Assembly (NCBI GenBank): GCA_963814585.1
Contig: CAWFDF010000009.1
Span: 192,001 to 256,000 of the forward strand
Source: an uncultured delta proteobacterium
GTDB lineage: Bacteria > Myxococcota > Myxococcia > Myxococcales > Anaeromyxobacteraceae
Length of the DNA stretch: 64,000 nucleotides
Reading direction: 5' to 3'
This document shows positions 48,024-60,637 of the stretch, one piece after another (within the stretch, counting starts at the first letter, position 1; the number at the start of each line of letters is the position of its first letter). The translations under genes and the position numbers were made by a program. The notes below the pieces were generated by a model that saw only the letters and a list, made by a program, of their open reading frames with translations, was not told the DNA's origin and did no database searches.

Positions 48024-48698
48024 CTACTCGGCCGCCGAGAGGGTGGCCGGGACCTTCATCTTCTCCTTGTTGGCCACGATCAGGTTCAGCACCGAGACCG
48101 CCGACTCGTTGATGTCGTCGACCATGTGCTGGGTGCGCCCCTGCAGCACCGAGTAGGCCACCAGCGCCGGGATGGCCACGATCAGGCCGAAGGCGGTGCA
48201 GTTCATGGCCTCGGAGATGGAGTTGGCGAGGATGGTGGCCTTGTCGGCCGGGTTGGCGTTGGCCACGGCGCCGAACGCGCCGATCAGGCCGACGATGGTG
48301 CCGAGCAGGCCGAGCAGCGTGGCCACGTTGCCGAGCATGGCGAGGTAGCCGGTGCGGGCCTCGATGCGGGGCGACTCGCGCAGGGTGGCCTCGTCCATGG
48401 CCGCCTGCACGTCCTCCTCGCCCTTGGGCACGTTGATGAGGCCGGCCTTGATCACCGAGACCAGCGGCACCTTCTTCTGCGCCGCGCAGAAGGCGATGGC
48501 CTTGTCGAGGTCGCCGGCGAAGACGTGCTGCTTCAGCCCGCGCAGGAAGGACTCCTTGTCCACCGCCGCCTTGAAGTAGAGGACGATGATCCGGTCGATC
48601 ATCACGGCCAGGGTGAAGATCAGCGCGACGAGGATGGGGTGCATCATCCACCCGCCCTCGGAGTAGTGCTTGGCCAGCGTCCCGAACATCGAGCCCAT
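48024..48698 (-). CDS. aglR: MotA/TolQ/ExbB-family gliding motor subunit AglR
   Basis: FLRGLK.H..AGDLDKAI; EARTGYLAMLGN; LGLLGTIVGLI; ISEAMNCT. Confidence 0.85.
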   Translation of the reverse strand: MGSMFGTLAKHYSEGGWMMHPILVALIFTLAVMIDRIIVLYFKAAVDKESFLRGLKQHVFAGDLDKAIAFCAAQKKVPLVSVIKAGLINVPKGEEDVQAAMDEATLRESPRIEARTGYLAMLGNVATLLGLLGTIVGLIGAFGAVANANPADKATILANSISEAMNCTAFGLIVAIPALVAYSVLQGRTQHMVDDINESAVSVLNLIVANKEKMKVPATLSAAE

Positions 48699-48866
48699 CG
48701 CGGAGACCTCCGTGTGCGGGTGCCGGGCGGAGCGTCCACGGCCAGGAGGCCGGACGCGCCCGCCGGCGAACCGTCCTCCATGCGTATCACGCGAATTTCC
48801 TTCGCGTCAACGCGAGGTTGGGTGCTTGTCGCCACCTACCCGAGCGGCTAACGTCCCACATCACCG

Positions 48867-50402
48867 ATGCCGTTCGCCTCCGCCTTCGCGCCGTACCGCC
48901 TCGCCCCGGGAGCGCTGCCGGAGGAGGGGTCGCGCGCCGCCCTCCAGGTGGGGGCCGGGCCGCTGGCGGTGGCGCCCGACTGCCCCCTGCCGCCCGGGCT
49001 GCTGGCCTCGGCCTTCGCCACCGTGGAGGCCGGGCTGGCGGCCGCTCCGGACGAGGCCTGCCGCGCCGCCGACGGCAGCCTGGCCGGGAGCGAGAACGCC
49101 CCGCGCGCCTGCCTGGTCGCCGATCGCTCCCGGCTGGGCGTGGCCGAGCGGGTCCGCGCCGCGCTGGAGGCCGGCTACGCCGGCGCCATCTACCGCCACC
49201 CCGACGGGCCGCTGGCGGAGGGGCTGCTGGGCGCCGGGTTCTGCCCCGACTGCCAGCGCGAGTTCCAGCGGCGGCTCAGCCGCAAGTACGGCGAGCAGTT
49301 CCAGCCCATCGACTTCCTGGCCACGGCGCGCGCCGCGGTGGCCGGCGCCTCCAGCGCCGTCTCCTTCAACACCCTCCCCTTCGGCCGCGACTTCTGGCGC
49401 TTCCGCCACGAGTCGCTGGAGCGCTCGGTGCGGGCCCAGGTCCGCGCCGCCCGCGACGCCGCCCGGCAGGCCGGCCGCCCCTTCCCGCTGGGCGGCTGGT
49501 TCGCCGCGCTCGGCCCCTCCCAGCTGGCGGCGGCGCGCCACCTCGACGCCGCCGTCTTCCCCATGACCACCAGCGGCCACCCGCTGGCCGGCCGCTTCGA
49601 GCTGCTGCGCGGGTCGCTGGACCACCGCGCCCTGGCGGTGGAGCTGCCGGCCGACGCGCCGCCGGCGGCCTGGCTCCGGCTGGCCTCGCTGGGCGCCCCC
49701 TGGGGCATCGGCCTGGCCGGCGTGCAGCCGGGCGGCGAGGCCGGCGCGCTGCTGGCCGGGATCCGGGCCCTGGTGCGCGAGGTGGTGGCGCGCGGCGCCT
49801 CGCCCAGCATGGCGGAGCCGTTCACCGAGTGCGCGGTGCTCTACTCCGCCGAGGCCGACCTGTGGAGCAGCGGCCGGCACCGCCGCGCCGTGGAGGCGGC
49901 CATCGAGGCGCTGGCCTTCCGGCAGGTGCAGGTGAGCCTGGTGCTGCGCCCCTCCGAGGCGCCCGCCGGCACGCCGCTGGTGCTGGCCGACGGCGAGTCG
50001 CTCTCCCGGCTCGAGGCCCGCGAGCTGGAGAAGCGGAAGGCCGCCGGCGGCGTGATCCTGCCCTTCGCCGGCCCGGGTGACGAGGCCGCCCTCGCCAAGC
50101 TGGTGGACGCCGCCCTCCCCCCCGAGCGGCGCGCCGTGACCGTCACCGCGCAGGTCCCGCTGTTCGCGGCCATCCGGACCTCCCGGGCCGCGGTGGACGT
50201 CCACCTCGCCACCTCCTGGCCGGAGCGGGCCACCGGCGCGCGGCTCCGGCTGGCGGTGGTGGCCACCCGCGGCGCCCGCAGGGCCCGCTTCCGCTCCAGC
50301 GACGGCGCCGAGGCGCGGGTGCGGCTCAACGGCGCCAGCGACTTCGTGCTGGCCGACCTGCCCACCTTCACCGGCTACGCGGTGCTCAGCCCCGAGACCT
50401 GA
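48867..50402 (+). CDS. Hypothetical protein, possibly a degenerate glycoside-hydrolase-like (GH42-type) fold
   Basis: Intact 511-aa ORF; GFCPDCQREF; FWRFRHE; CAVLYS. Confidence 0.55.
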   Translation: MPFASAFAPYRLAPGALPEEGSRAALQVGAGPLAVAPDCPLPPGLLASAFATVEAGLAAAPDEACRAADGSLAGSENAPRACLVADRSRLGVAERVRAALEAGYAGAIYRHPDGPLAEGLLGAGFCPDCQREFQRRLSRKYGEQFQPIDFLATARAAVAGASSAVSFNTLPFGRDFWRFRHESLERSVRAQVRAARDAARQAGRPFPLGGWFAALGPSQLAAARHLDAAVFPMTTSGHPLAGRFELLRGSLDHRALAVELPADAPPAAWLRLASLGAPWGIGLAGVQPGGEAGALLAGIRALVREVVARGASPSMAEPFTECAVLYSAEADLWSSGRHRRAVEAAIEALAFRQVQVSLVLRPSEAPAGTPLVLADGESLSRLEARELEKRKAAGGVILPFAGPGDEAALAKLVDAALPPERRAVTVTAQVPLFAAIRTSRAAVDVHLATSWPERATGARLRLAVVATRGARRARFRSSDGAEARVRLNGASDFVLADLPTFTGYAVLSPET

Positions 50403-50422
50403 GGGCCCCGGGCCTCGCGACG

Positions 50423-50454
50423 GGCCCCACCGGCGAGGGCGGCGCCGTGGGGCC
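50423..50454. terminator. GC-rich hairpin between convergent genes
   Basis: ggccccac(c)ggcg / cgccgtggggcc arms. Confidence 0.4.
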
Positions 50455-50456
50455 GC

Positions 50457-51641
50457 TCAGCCCTTCCGGGCGGCGCGCCAGGCGCAGGCCGCCTCGGCCA
50501 GCACCTCCTTCACCGGCACGCCCCGCTCCTCGGCCCGGGCCAGGGCGTCCTCGTACTCCGGCTGGACGTTCACCACCCGCCCGTCCAGCCAGGCCACCTT
50601 GACGAGGACGGTGCCGTAGCGGGTCTCCACCGGCTCGAGCCGGCGCTCCAGCGCCTGCCGCTCCACCTGGGTGAAGCGGACGCCCAGCGTGCTGGTCTCG
50701 GTGAGGAAGACGCGGGCCACGGCGTCGCGCCGCCCCGGCTCGCAGAGGGCGCCGAGCAGCAGCCCGGGGCGCCCCTTCTTCATGGTGAGCGGCGCCGCCC
50801 AGGCGTCGAGCGCGCCGGCGGAGAGCGCCGCCTCGATGGCGTGGGCGGTGAGCTGGCCGGTGGTGTCGTCGAGCGTGCACTCCACCACCAGCAGCGGCTG
50901 GCCCGGGGCGGCGGCGGCCCGCTCGGCCTCGCCGATGGTGAGGCGGACCACGTTGGGCCGGTCGGGCCAGCGGGCGGTGCCGGCGCCGTAGCCGATCCGG
51001 GTGGGGCGGTGCGGCGGCAGGGGCCCGAGCTCGAAGAGGCCGGCCAGCAGCGCCGCGCCGGTGGGGGTGACCGCCTCGCCGGGCGGGCCGCCGGGCCGGA
51101 CCGGCAGCCCGAGCAGCAGCTCGAGCACGGCCGGGGGCGGCACCGGCAGCCGGCCGTGGGCGGAGCTGGTGAAGCCGGAGCCCAGCTCCGGCGGAGTCGC
51201 CACGGCGCGCGGCCAGCCGAGCAGGTCCATCACCACCACCGCGCCGCAGACGTCGACGATCGAGTCGACCGCGCCGACCTCGTGGAAGTGCACCTGCTCC
51301 ACCTCGCAGCCGTGCACCCGGGCCTCGGCCCGGGCCAGCCGCGTGAAGAGGTCGCGCGCCGCGGCGCGGGCCCGCTCCGACAGGGCGCCGCCGTCCACGA
51401 CGGCCAGCAGGTCGGCGAGCCGGCGCTCCCCGCCGGGCGCGGCGTCCACCTCGACCTCGAGGTGGGCCGCGGCGATGCCGCCGACCTGCACGCGGCTCAC
51501 CTCCAGCCGCCAGCCGGGGAGCCGCAGCGTGGCCAGCTGGGCCTCGAGCTCGGCGCGGTCGACGCCCAGGTCGAGCGCGGCGGCCAGGAACATGTCCCCG
51601 GCCAGGCCGCCGATCGGTTCGAGGAGGAGCAGGTCGGACAT
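50457..51641 (-). CDS. larC: Nickel-pincer cofactor biosynthesis protein LarC
   Basis: [61 protein letters not shown]. Confidence 0.92.
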   Translation of the reverse strand: MSDLLLLEPIGGLAGDMFLAAALDLGVDRAELEAQLATLRLPGWRLEVSRVQVGGIAAAHLEVEVDAAPGGERRLADLLAVVDGGALSERARAAARDLFTRLARAEARVHGCEVEQVHFHEVGAVDSIVDVCGAVVVMDLLGWPRAVATPPELGSGFTSSAHGRLPVPPPAVLELLLGLPVRPGGPPGEAVTPTGAALLAGLFELGPLPPHRPTRIGYGAGTARWPDRPNVVRLTIGEAERAAAAPGQPLLVVECTLDDTTGQLTAHAIEAALSAGALDAWAAPLTMKKGRPGLLLGALCEPGRRDAVARVFLTETSTLGVRFTQVERQALERRLEPVETRYGTVLVKVAWLDGRVVNVQPEYEDALARAEERGVPVKEVLAEAACAWRAARKG

Positions 51642-51663
51642 GGCGTGGCTGGAGCGGACCACG

Positions 51664-52407
51664 TCAGCCGCGCGCGATCAACCCCGCCACGAAGCCGGCG
51701 CCGAAGCCGTTGTCGATGTTGACCACCGTGACGTTGGGCGCGCAGGAGTTGAGCATGGCCAGCAGCGCCGCCAGCCCGCCCAGCGAGGCGCCGTAGCCGA
51801 CCGAGGTGGGGACGGCGATCACCGGCCGGCCCACCAGGCCGCCCACCACGCTCGGCAGCGCGCCCTCCATGCCGGCCGCCACCACCACCGCCCGGGCCCG
51901 GGTGAGCTCCTCGCGCCGCGCCAGCAGCCGGTGGATCCCGGCCACCCCGACGTCGTAGACCCGCAGCGCCTCCACGCCCATCACCTCCAGCGTGACCACC
52001 GCCTCCTCGCAGACCGGCACGTCGCTGGTGCCGGCGCAGCAGACCGCCACCGGCCCGGTGGTGGGCAGCGTCATGCGCCCGCGCCGCAGGGTGCGCGACA
52101 CCGGGTCGTAGACCGAGCCCCTCACCGCCCGCCGGGCCGGCCCCGCCTTCCCCGGCGAGAGGCGCGTCACCAGCAGCGGGCCGTGGGCCGCCAGCCTCCT
52201 GGCGATGACGGCCACCTGCGCGGCGGTCTTGCCCTCGGCCAGCACCACCTCCGGCATCCCCTGCCGCAGCGCCCGGTGGGTGTCGAGGGTGGCGGTGTCG
52301 CCGAGCCGCTCGAAGGGGGCGTGGCGCAGCCGGGCCACCGCCTCGTCGAGCGGGGTGGCGCCGGAGGCGACGCGCTTCAGCAGGCGGCGGAGGGCGGCCT
52401 CGTCCAT
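51664..52407 (-). CDS. larB: Nickel-pincer cofactor biosynthesis protein LarB
   Basis: [55 protein letters not shown]. Confidence 0.93.
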   Translation of the reverse strand: MDEAALRRLLKRVASGATPLDEAVARLRHAPFERLGDTATLDTHRALRQGMPEVVLAEGKTAAQVAVIARRLAAHGPLLVTRLSPGKAGPARRAVRGSVYDPVSRTLRRGRMTLPTTGPVAVCCAGTSDVPVCEEAVVTLEVMGVEALRVYDVGVAGIHRLLARREELTRARAVVVAAGMEGALPSVVGGLVGRPVIAVPTSVGYGASLGGLAALLAMLNSCAPNVTVVNIDNGFGAGFVAGLIARG

Positions 52408-52411
52408 GGCG

Positions 52412-52999
52412 TCAGCGCGGGTCGAGCCGGGCCAGCAGCCGCGCGATGCCGGCCGGCTCGGGCATCACCAGGATCAGCCCCTCCAGCCGCGGCGGCTGCG
52501 GGGAGGTGAAGCGGGCCGCCAGGGCCACCGAGCCGGCGTGGTCCACCAGCCGCTCCACGCAGGCCTTGCCGTTGCCGCGGGCGAAGGTGGGCACCGAGAG
52601 CAGCAGCGTCTCCTTCACCAGCTTGGCCACGGCGGTCACGAAGGCGCTCCCCACGATGTTGCCGCACTCCATGATGCCGCTCTCCGCCAGGGCGCCGAAG
52701 TCGCCGCCCGGCGCCGGCACACCCAGCGCCCCGGCCAGCGCCTCGGCGTCGCGCTCCGGGAGCGCCAGCAGCAGGTGGCCGGTGAGCGCCCCCTCCAGCC
52801 GGACCCCCACCGCGACCAGGTCGCTGCCGAGCGCGCCCAGGAAGCTGGCGATGGCGCCCTCGCTGGTGCCGATCCAGGCCTCGGGGACGTCCATGTCGAG
52901 CCGCAGCCGGGTGAGCCTGGCCAGCGCGGTCAGGGCGGCGCCGCAGCCGATGGAGGTCAGCTCCTGCAGGGCGTCGACGTGGCGGGGGGCGATGCTCAT
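52412..52999 (-). CDS. difG: CheC-like phosphatase DifG
   Basis: DALQELTSIGCGAA; ECGNIVGSAF; last gene of the dif cluster. Confidence 0.82.
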   Translation of the reverse strand: MSIAPRHVDALQELTSIGCGAALTALARLTRLRLDMDVPEAWIGTSEGAIASFLGALGSDLVAVGVRLEGALTGHLLLALPERDAEALAGALGVPAPGGDFGALAESGIMECGNIVGSAFVTAVAKLVKETLLLSVPTFARGNGKACVERLVDHAGSVALAARFTSPQPPRLEGLILVMPEPAGIARLLARLDPR

Positions 53000-54972
53000 G
53001 CGGCCAGCAGCCGGTTGACGTCGAGGATGAAGACCGGCCGGCCGGTGCCGAGCACGGTGACGGCCGAGAGGCCGCTCACCGCCTGCAGCGGCGGGGCCAG
53101 CGGCTTGAGGACCGCCTCGTGCTGGCCCAGCAGGCCGTCCACGGCCAGCCCGATGCGCCCCTCGGCCCCCTCGGCCACCACCACCGACCGGTCGTCGCGC
53201 CCGGCCGACTCGAAGCCGAGCAGCGCCGCCAGGTCGTGGACCGGGACCAGCTCGCCGCCCCAGGGGAGGAGCGGGCCGCCGCGGCTGCGGTCCAGCGAGG
53301 CGTACTTGACGTTGGCGGCGCCGTGGACCTTGGCGATGGGGAGCCCCAGCACCTCCTCGCCCACCTGCACCAGCAGCACCGCCTGCACCGCCACGGTGAG
53401 CGGGAGCCGCAGCGTGATGCGGGTGCCCTGGCCACGGGTGCTCTCCAGGTCGAGCGTGCCGCCCACCGTCTCCAGCGTCTTGCGGACGGCGTCGAGCCCG
53501 ACGCCGCGCCCGGAGAGGTCGGTGACCTCGTCGGCGGTGGAGACGCCGGGCAGGCTGGCCAGCGCCAGCGCCTCCCGCTCGCTGAGCGCCGCCGCCTGCT
53601 CCAGGGTCAGCGAGCCGCGCCGCACCGCCGCCTCGCGCAGCCGGCCGGTGTTCATCCCCTTGCCGTCGTCGGCGATCTCCAGCACCACCCGGTCGCGGTC
53701 CCGCCTGGCGGTGATGGTGATGCGGCCGGTGGCCGGCTTCCCGGCCAGCAGGCGCAGGTGGGGCGCCTCGATGCCGTGGTCCACGGCGTTGCGCAGCACG
53801 TGGAGCAGCGGGTCGGAGAGCTCCTCGAGGATGGCCCGGTCGAGCTCGATCTCCGCCCCCGACACCTCCACCTCGACCTGCCGCCCCAGCTTGCGGGCCA
53901 CGTCGCGGGCGATGCGCGGCAGCCGCTCGGTCACCAGCGCCAGCGGCGTCATGCGCACGCCCATGAGCTGGCCGTGGAGCTCCTTGACGATGGCGTGGAG
54001 CCGGTCCACCCCCTCGTCGAGCGGCGGGCGCAGCCCGGCCGGCAGGGTGCGGCCCACCTCGCGGATGCGGGCGGTGGCCAGCAGCAGCTCTCCCACCGTG
54101 TCGACGAAGCCGTCGAGCACCTCGGTCTTGACCCGCACGGTGCGGGCCGGCTCGGGGGCGGCCGGCTGGCCCGGGGCGGGCGCGGCCGGGGCCGGCGCCG
54201 CCGGCGGCTCGTCCTGGGCGCGGATGGCCACCGCGCCGAGGTCGGAGATCTGCGACAGGGCCCGCTGCAGCCGGTCGAGCGGCTCGGCCGACGTCAGCAC
54301 CACGGTGAGCCGCTTGCCCGGCAGCCGCCCGGCCTTGAGCTCCTCCAGGGTCGGCGTCGAGGCGACCAGCGGCCCGAACGCCGCCAGCTTCTTCACCACC
54401 AGGTAGGCGCGCACCGCCGGCACCGGGCAGGAGGCGGCCACCTCGACCTCCACCTCCAGCCGGCGCGCCCCCACCTCGGGGAGCGCCGGGGCCGGGGTGG
54501 CGGTCGGCGGGGGCTGCTCGAACTCGGGGATGGGCGGAGGTCCCGGGGGCGGCTCGGCCGGGGGCAGGCTGTCCTTGAGCTGCCGCGTGAGCTCGCCGAG
54601 CCGGGACATCAGGCCCGCGTCGGGCGCCGGCGCCTCCTTGCGTCCCGCGGCCCGGATCATCTCCTGCAGCGCGTCGCAGGTGGCGAGCAGCGCGTCGACC
54701 GCGGCCGGCTCGGCCCGGGCCAGGCGGCGGCGGTAGAGGTCGACGAGGTCCTCGGCACGGTGCGCCAGCGCGGCGATGCCGTCGAGCTCCATCGACCCGC
54801 TCATCCCCTTCACGCTGTGGACGTGGCGGAAGATGCCGTCGATGAGCGGGGCGGTGTCGGCGCCGGTGCGGACCGCCTGCTCCAGCTCCACCAGCTGCCG
54901 GGAGAGGCTGGCGACGTGCTCGCCGGCCTCGGAGACGAAGAGCGAGAGGTAGCGGGAGAGGTCGATCGGCAC
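52996..54972 (-). CDS. difE: CheA histidine kinase DifE
   Basis: FRHVHSVKGM (Hpt); HVLRNAVDHGIE; DDGKG; SGRGVGLD; C-terminal CheW domain. Confidence 0.88.
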   Translation of the reverse strand: MPIDLSRYLSLFVSEAGEHVASLSRQLVELEQAVRTGADTAPLIDGIFRHVHSVKGMSGSMELDGIAALAHRAEDLVDLYRRRLARAEPAAVDALLATCDALQEMIRAAGRKEAPAPDAGLMSRLGELTRQLKDSLPPAEPPPGPPPIPEFEQPPPTATPAPALPEVGARRLEVEVEVAASCPVPAVRAYLVVKKLAAFGPLVASTPTLEELKAGRLPGKRLTVVLTSAEPLDRLQRALSQISDLGAVAIRAQDEPPAAPAPAAPAPGQPAAPEPARTVRVKTEVLDGFVDTVGELLLATARIREVGRTLPAGLRPPLDEGVDRLHAIVKELHGQLMGVRMTPLALVTERLPRIARDVARKLGRQVEVEVSGAEIELDRAILEELSDPLLHVLRNAVDHGIEAPHLRLLAGKPATGRITITARRDRDRVVLEIADDGKGMNTGRLREAAVRRGSLTLEQAAALSEREALALASLPGVSTADEVTDLSGRGVGLDAVRKTLETVGGTLDLESTRGQGTRITLRLPLTVAVQAVLLVQVGEEVLGLPIAKVHGAANVKYASLDRSRGGPLLPWGGELVPVHDLAALLGFESAGRDDRSVVVAEGAEGRIGLAVDGLLGQHEAVLKPLAPPLQAVSGLSAVTVLGTGRPVFILDVNRLLAA

Positions 54973-55013
54973 GGGGCCGGCCCGGGGTCAGCGCCCATCC
55001 CTGGCTGGGCCAC

Positions 55014-55382
55014 TCAGGCCTCGCCCAGGACCTTCTTGACCACGGAGAGGACGTCCTCGGACTTGAACGGCTTGACGATGAAGTCGCTGGCGCCGGCCTC
55101 GATGGCCTCCATCACCAGCGACTCCTGGCCCAGCGCCGAGCACATGACGATGACCGCGCCCGGGTTGGCCTTGACGATCTCGCGGGTGGCCTCGATGCCG
55201 CTCTTGAACGGCATGACGATGTCCATGGTGGTGAGGTCGGGCTTGAGCTCCCGGTGCTTCTCGACCGCCTCCAGGCCGTTGGCGGCCTCGCCGACCACCT
55301 CGAAGGCCGAGCCGGCGAAGATATCCTTGATCATGTTCCGCATGAAGATCGCGTCGTCGACGATCAGGATTCGCTTCGGCAT
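55014..55382 (-). CDS. difD: CheY-like response regulator DifD
   Basis: ILIVDDAIFMRNMIKDIF; TMDIVMP; CSALGQE; IVKPF. Confidence 0.88.
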   Translation of the reverse strand: MPKRILIVDDAIFMRNMIKDIFAGSAFEVVGEAANGLEAVEKHRELKPDLTTMDIVMPFKSGIEATREIVKANPGAVIVMCSALGQESLVMEAIEAGASDFIVKPFKSEDVLSVVKKVLGEA

Positions 55383-55464
55383 GGGCTGTTCAGGCCTCCT
55401 GAGGGACCGACGGTAGCACCGCTCCGGCGAGCGCGACAAGGAAACGCCGGGTCACCGGCACGCG

Positions 55465-55923
55465 CTACCCGCCGCCGAAGAGCGCGGCCGCGGCGGCCGC
55501 CAGCGGCTCCTCCCGCAGCAGCGTGATGGCGCCGGCCCGGCCGGTGGCGACGCCGGCCACCAGCCCGCCGCCGGGCTCCTCGCCGGGCGCCAGCGGCTCC
55601 ACCCCCAGCACCACCCCGATGAGCAGCCCCAGCGCCCGCTTCTCGCGGTCGAGGATCAGCACCTGCCCCTGGCCGGCCCGCAGCGGCTGGGGCGGGAGCC
55701 CGACCAGCTCGGCGAGGTCCACCACCGCCACCACCCGGCCGCGCAGGTTCATCACGCCGCGCACGGCGCCGCCGGCCCGCGGCACGCGCGCGAAGGGCGG
55801 GTTGGGCGGCACCACCTCGCGCACCGCGGAGAGCGGCAGCGCGAAGCGCTCGGTCCCGACGCGGAAGACCACCTGCCGCCCGGGGGGCGGCGCCGCCAGG
55901 GCCTCGCGGATGGCGGCGTCCAC
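55465..55923 (-). CDS. difC: CheW coupling protein DifC
   Basis: VVFRVGTERFALPL..VREV; GVMNLRGRVVAVVDL. Confidence 0.85.
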   Translation of the reverse strand: MDAAIREALAAPPPGRQVVFRVGTERFALPLSAVREVVPPNPPFARVPRAGGAVRGVMNLRGRVVAVVDLAELVGLPPQPLRAGQGQVLILDREKRALGLLIGVVLGVEPLAPGEEPGGGLVAGVATGRAGAITLLREEPLAAAAAALFGGG

Positions 55924-55928
55924 GGCGG

Positions 55929-57317
55929 CTACCCGAGCCGGAAGCGGGAGACCACGGTCTGCAGCTCGACCGAGAGGTTGGTGAGCTCCTGCGCCGAGGA
56001 GGCCATCTGCGCCACCGCCGCGGTCTGCTCGGCGATCACCTTGCGCACCTGCTCGGTGGCGCCGGCGTTGCTGCTGGCCACGTCCGAGATGTGATCCATG
56101 GTCTGCACCATGTCGGCCGAGCCCTTGAGCTGGTCGCGGGCGGCGGCGGAGATGACGCCCGCCTTGTCGGCGCCGGTGCGGGCGATGTCGGCGATGTCGG
56201 CCAGCGCCCGGATGATGGCGTTGACGTTCTCGCGCCCCTCGCCCAGCTCGGAGACCGACTCCTTCATGGTCTCGACCACGGTGGCGGCGCGCCCCGAGAT
56301 GTCGGTGGCCAGCCCGGAGATCTGCTCGGCGGAGCGCCCGGCGGTCTCGGCCAGCTTGCGCACCTCCTCGGCCACCACCGCGAAGCCGCGGCCGTACTCG
56401 CCGGCGCGGGCCGCCTCGATGGTGGCGTTGAGGGCCAGCAGGTTGGTCTGGTTGGCCACCTGGGTGATGGCCTCGACGATCTTGGAGATCTCCTTGGTCC
56501 GCTCGCCGAAGGCGAAGACCTGCTCGCTGGCCGCCTCGATGCGGGCGAAGACCTTCTTCACCTTCTCGCCGGCCAGCCGGGCCGCCTCGCCGCCCGAGCC
56601 GGCCGAGGTGGAGGTCTCGGCCGAGGACCGGGCCGCCTCCTCGGCGCTCTTGGCGGTCCGCTCGATGGAGGCGGCGATCTCGCCGATCACCTTGGAGGTC
56701 CGCTCCACCAGGTCCGACTGCTGGCCGGCCCCCACCGCGATCTTCTCCATGGAGGAGGCCACCTCGTCGGTGGAGGCGTTGACCTCCTCGGCGGAGGACT
56801 GCAGGTCGTTGGCGCTCTCGGCCACCGACTGCGCGGTGCGCTGGATGCGGGAGACCAGGTCGCGCAGGTTCTCCTGCATGGTGCCGATGGCCACGGTCAG
56901 GTCGTCGATCTCGTCGTGGAAGGTCTGGTTCGGCTCCTCCAGCACGCTGCGCGAGAGGTCGCCGCGGCTGATCTCCACGGCCGAGACCTTGAGCCGGCCC
57001 ACCCGGGCGGTCCGGGTGATGCCCACGGTGAGCGCCCAGCCCAGCGCCAGCGTGCCCAGCACCGCCAGGGTGCCGGCGGCCAGCGGGTTGGGGACGGCCT
57101 GGCGGAGCGGCGGCAGCACGAAGACCAGCACCAGGCCGACGATGCCGTAGCTCACCAGCAGCTTGACCTCGAGCGGCGCGGTCAGGCCGCTGGACTGGGG
57201 CATGGGCCGGAGCGGCACGTCGGCGGCGCGGCCGCGCACCGCCACCAGGTGGGGGGCGTCCTGCCAGCGGGACGAGGGCCGGGTCGAGAGTCGTTCTTCG
57301 CGAGGAGTCCGGGCCAC
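55929..57317 (-). CDS. difA: Methyl-accepting chemotaxis protein DifA (two adjacent TMs, no periplasmic domain)
   Basis: [58 protein letters not shown]. Start GTG 57317 or ATG 57203. Confidence 0.88.
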   Translation of the reverse strand: MARTPREERLSTRPSSRWQDAPHLVAVRGRAADVPLRPMPQSSGLTAPLEVKLLVSYGIVGLVLVFVLPPLRQAVPNPLAAGTLAVLGTLALGWALTVGITRTARVGRLKVSAVEISRGDLSRSVLEEPNQTFHDEIDDLTVAIGTMQENLRDLVSRIQRTAQSVAESANDLQSSAEEVNASTDEVASSMEKIAVGAGQQSDLVERTSKVIGEIAASIERTAKSAEEAARSSAETSTSAGSGGEAARLAGEKVKKVFARIEAASEQVFAFGERTKEISKIVEAITQVANQTNLLALNATIEAARAGEYGRGFAVVAEEVRKLAETAGRSAEQISGLATDISGRAATVVETMKESVSELGEGRENVNAIIRALADIADIARTGADKAGVISAAARDQLKGSADMVQTMDHISDVASSNAGATEQVRKVIAEQTAAVAQMASSAQELTNLSVELQTVVSRFRLG

Positions 57318-57319
57318 GT

Positions 57320-58374
57320 TCACCTCGGCGGGCGGCGCGGTGGAGCCCGCGCCGCGTGGAAGGCCCTGGATCCTATGTTGATCCTCGGGGAAGTCAAAAG
57401 GACCGGCCGTGGCGGCGCCAGGTGATCGTAGCCTGGGCCGGTGGCCAGGCGGCGGCCCCCGGCGTCGAGCACGGTGACGCCCCGCCCACGCCGCACCTCG
57501 CCCACCACGGTGAGCGCCACGCCGGCCCGCGCCGCCGCCCGCCTGGCGGCGCCCAGGCGGCCGGGCGGGAGGGTGACGCAGAGCTCGTAGTCCTCGCCGC
57601 CAGAGAGCGCCGGCCCCCACGGGTCGGCCAGGGCGGCGGCGGCGGCGCGCCCGGCGGCGGAGCGCGGCAGCAGCTCGGCCCGCAGCGTGGCCCCCACCCG
57701 CGAGGCCAGGCAGAGGTGGCCGAGGTCCTGGACCAGGCCGTCGGAGAGGTCGATGGCGGCGCTGGCGACGCGGCCCAGCCCGCGGCCGAGCCCGAGCCGC
57801 GGCACCGGCCGGCGCTGGCGGCGGCGGAGCGAGGCGGGGGCGCCGGGGGAGAGCCCGAGCGCCGCGTCGCCGATGGTCCCCGAGACCAGCACCAGGTCCC
57901 CGGCCCGGGCCCCGTCGCGGCGCAGCGCCCGGCCGCGCGCCACCGCCCCGACGACGGTCACCGTGATCGAGAGGCCGGGGGCGCGCGTGACGTTGCCGCC
58001 CACCACCGCCAGCCCGTGGCGCCGGGCGCAGTCGCCCAGGCCGCGGGCGATCCCCCGGAGCCGCGCCGGCGGCGTGCCGGCCGGCACGCCCAGCGCCACC
58101 AGCGCCCAGAGCGGCCGGGCCCCCATGGCGGCGAGGTCGGAGAGGTTCACCGCCAGCGCCTTCCAGCCGATGTCACCGGGCGTGAAGTGGGCGCCGAAGT
58201 GGACCCCCTCGACGACCGCGTCGACGGTGGCCACCAGGGTCTCGCCGCGAGGGGCGGCCAGCAGCGCGGCGTCGTCGCCGGGGCCGAGCAGCACCCCCTC
58301 GCCGCGGGTGGGGAGGCGGGCGGTGAAGGCGGCGATGAGCTCGAACTCGCCGGCGGGGCGGGCCGGGCGGGGCA

Positions 58375-58375
<1 letters not shown>
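57320..58375 (-). CDS. thiL: Thiamine-monophosphate kinase (true end may be ~57395)
   Basis: [48 protein letters not shown]. Confidence 0.93.
57370..57397 (-). promoter_or_regulatory. sigma70-like promoter upstream of difA
   Basis: TTGACT, 16 bp, TAGGAT on the minus strand. Confidence 0.5.
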
Positions 58376-59762
<1,387 letters not shown>

Positions 59763-59766
<4 letters not shown>

Positions 59767-60455
59767 CGAGTCGTGGCCTCGCGCTCCAGCAAGGTGCCGC
59801 GCAGGTCGACGTGGTCGAAGATGCGGGCGAGGAACTCGCGCTCGCTGATCTTCCACCGCTCGGCGAGGTGGAGGTTCCGGTCCAGCCCCTGGTAGGTGAG
59901 CGTGAGCAGGGCCCAGAGCGTCTCCAGCACCCCCTCGCCGCGCACCGCCACCGCCGGCACCATGGGCGGGCGGATCACCTTGCGCAGGTCGCCGAGCTCG
60001 TCCTCGCGCTGGGCGTCGGGGAGGTCGCGCTTGTTGAGCTGGATGACGATGGGCAGGGTCCGGTAGTCGAGCCCGTTCGCCTCCAGGTTCTTCAGCATGT
60101 TGTTCCAGTAGGCCAGGGTGGCGGCCGCCTCGCTGCGGCGGCTGTCGGAGACGAAGACCACCGCGTCGGTCCCCTGCAGGACGATGCGCCGCGTCGACTC
60201 GTGGATCACCTGGCCCGGCACCGTGTAGAGCCGGAGCTTCACCTTGACGCCGGCCTCGGTCTTGAAGAAGACCGGCATCATGTCGAAGAAGAGGGTCCGG
60301 TCGTCCTTGGTGTCCAGCGTCATCAGCCGGCCGCGGACCTCGGGCGACATCTTCTGGTAGAGCGCCTGGAGGTTGGTGGTCTTCCCGGAGAGGGCGGGAC
60401 CGTAATACACGACCTTGATGGACAGCTCGCGCGCGTCGTTGTTGATCTGGACCAT
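59763..60455 (-). CDS. sofG: MglA-family small GTPase, SofG-like
   Basis: YYGPALSGKTTN; DRTLFFD; TVPGQVIH; NKRD; C-terminal EFLARIFDHVDL extension; no mglB; near dif. Confidence 0.78.
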
Positions 60456-60637
60456 GGGCCTCGCCTCGCGGCGAGCATAGCCGCGCCCCCGGGGTGATCC
60501 AGCCGACGGCCGCGAATACTCCCGGTCCGGCCGGCGCCTCGCCGTGGTCCCTTGGAGGTGGTTGGCCCTTGGACTAGGATCGAGGCGGTCCCGGCCGGGA
60601 CCCCTCACCGGCCGGAGAACGAGGAGTTACTGCCCCG

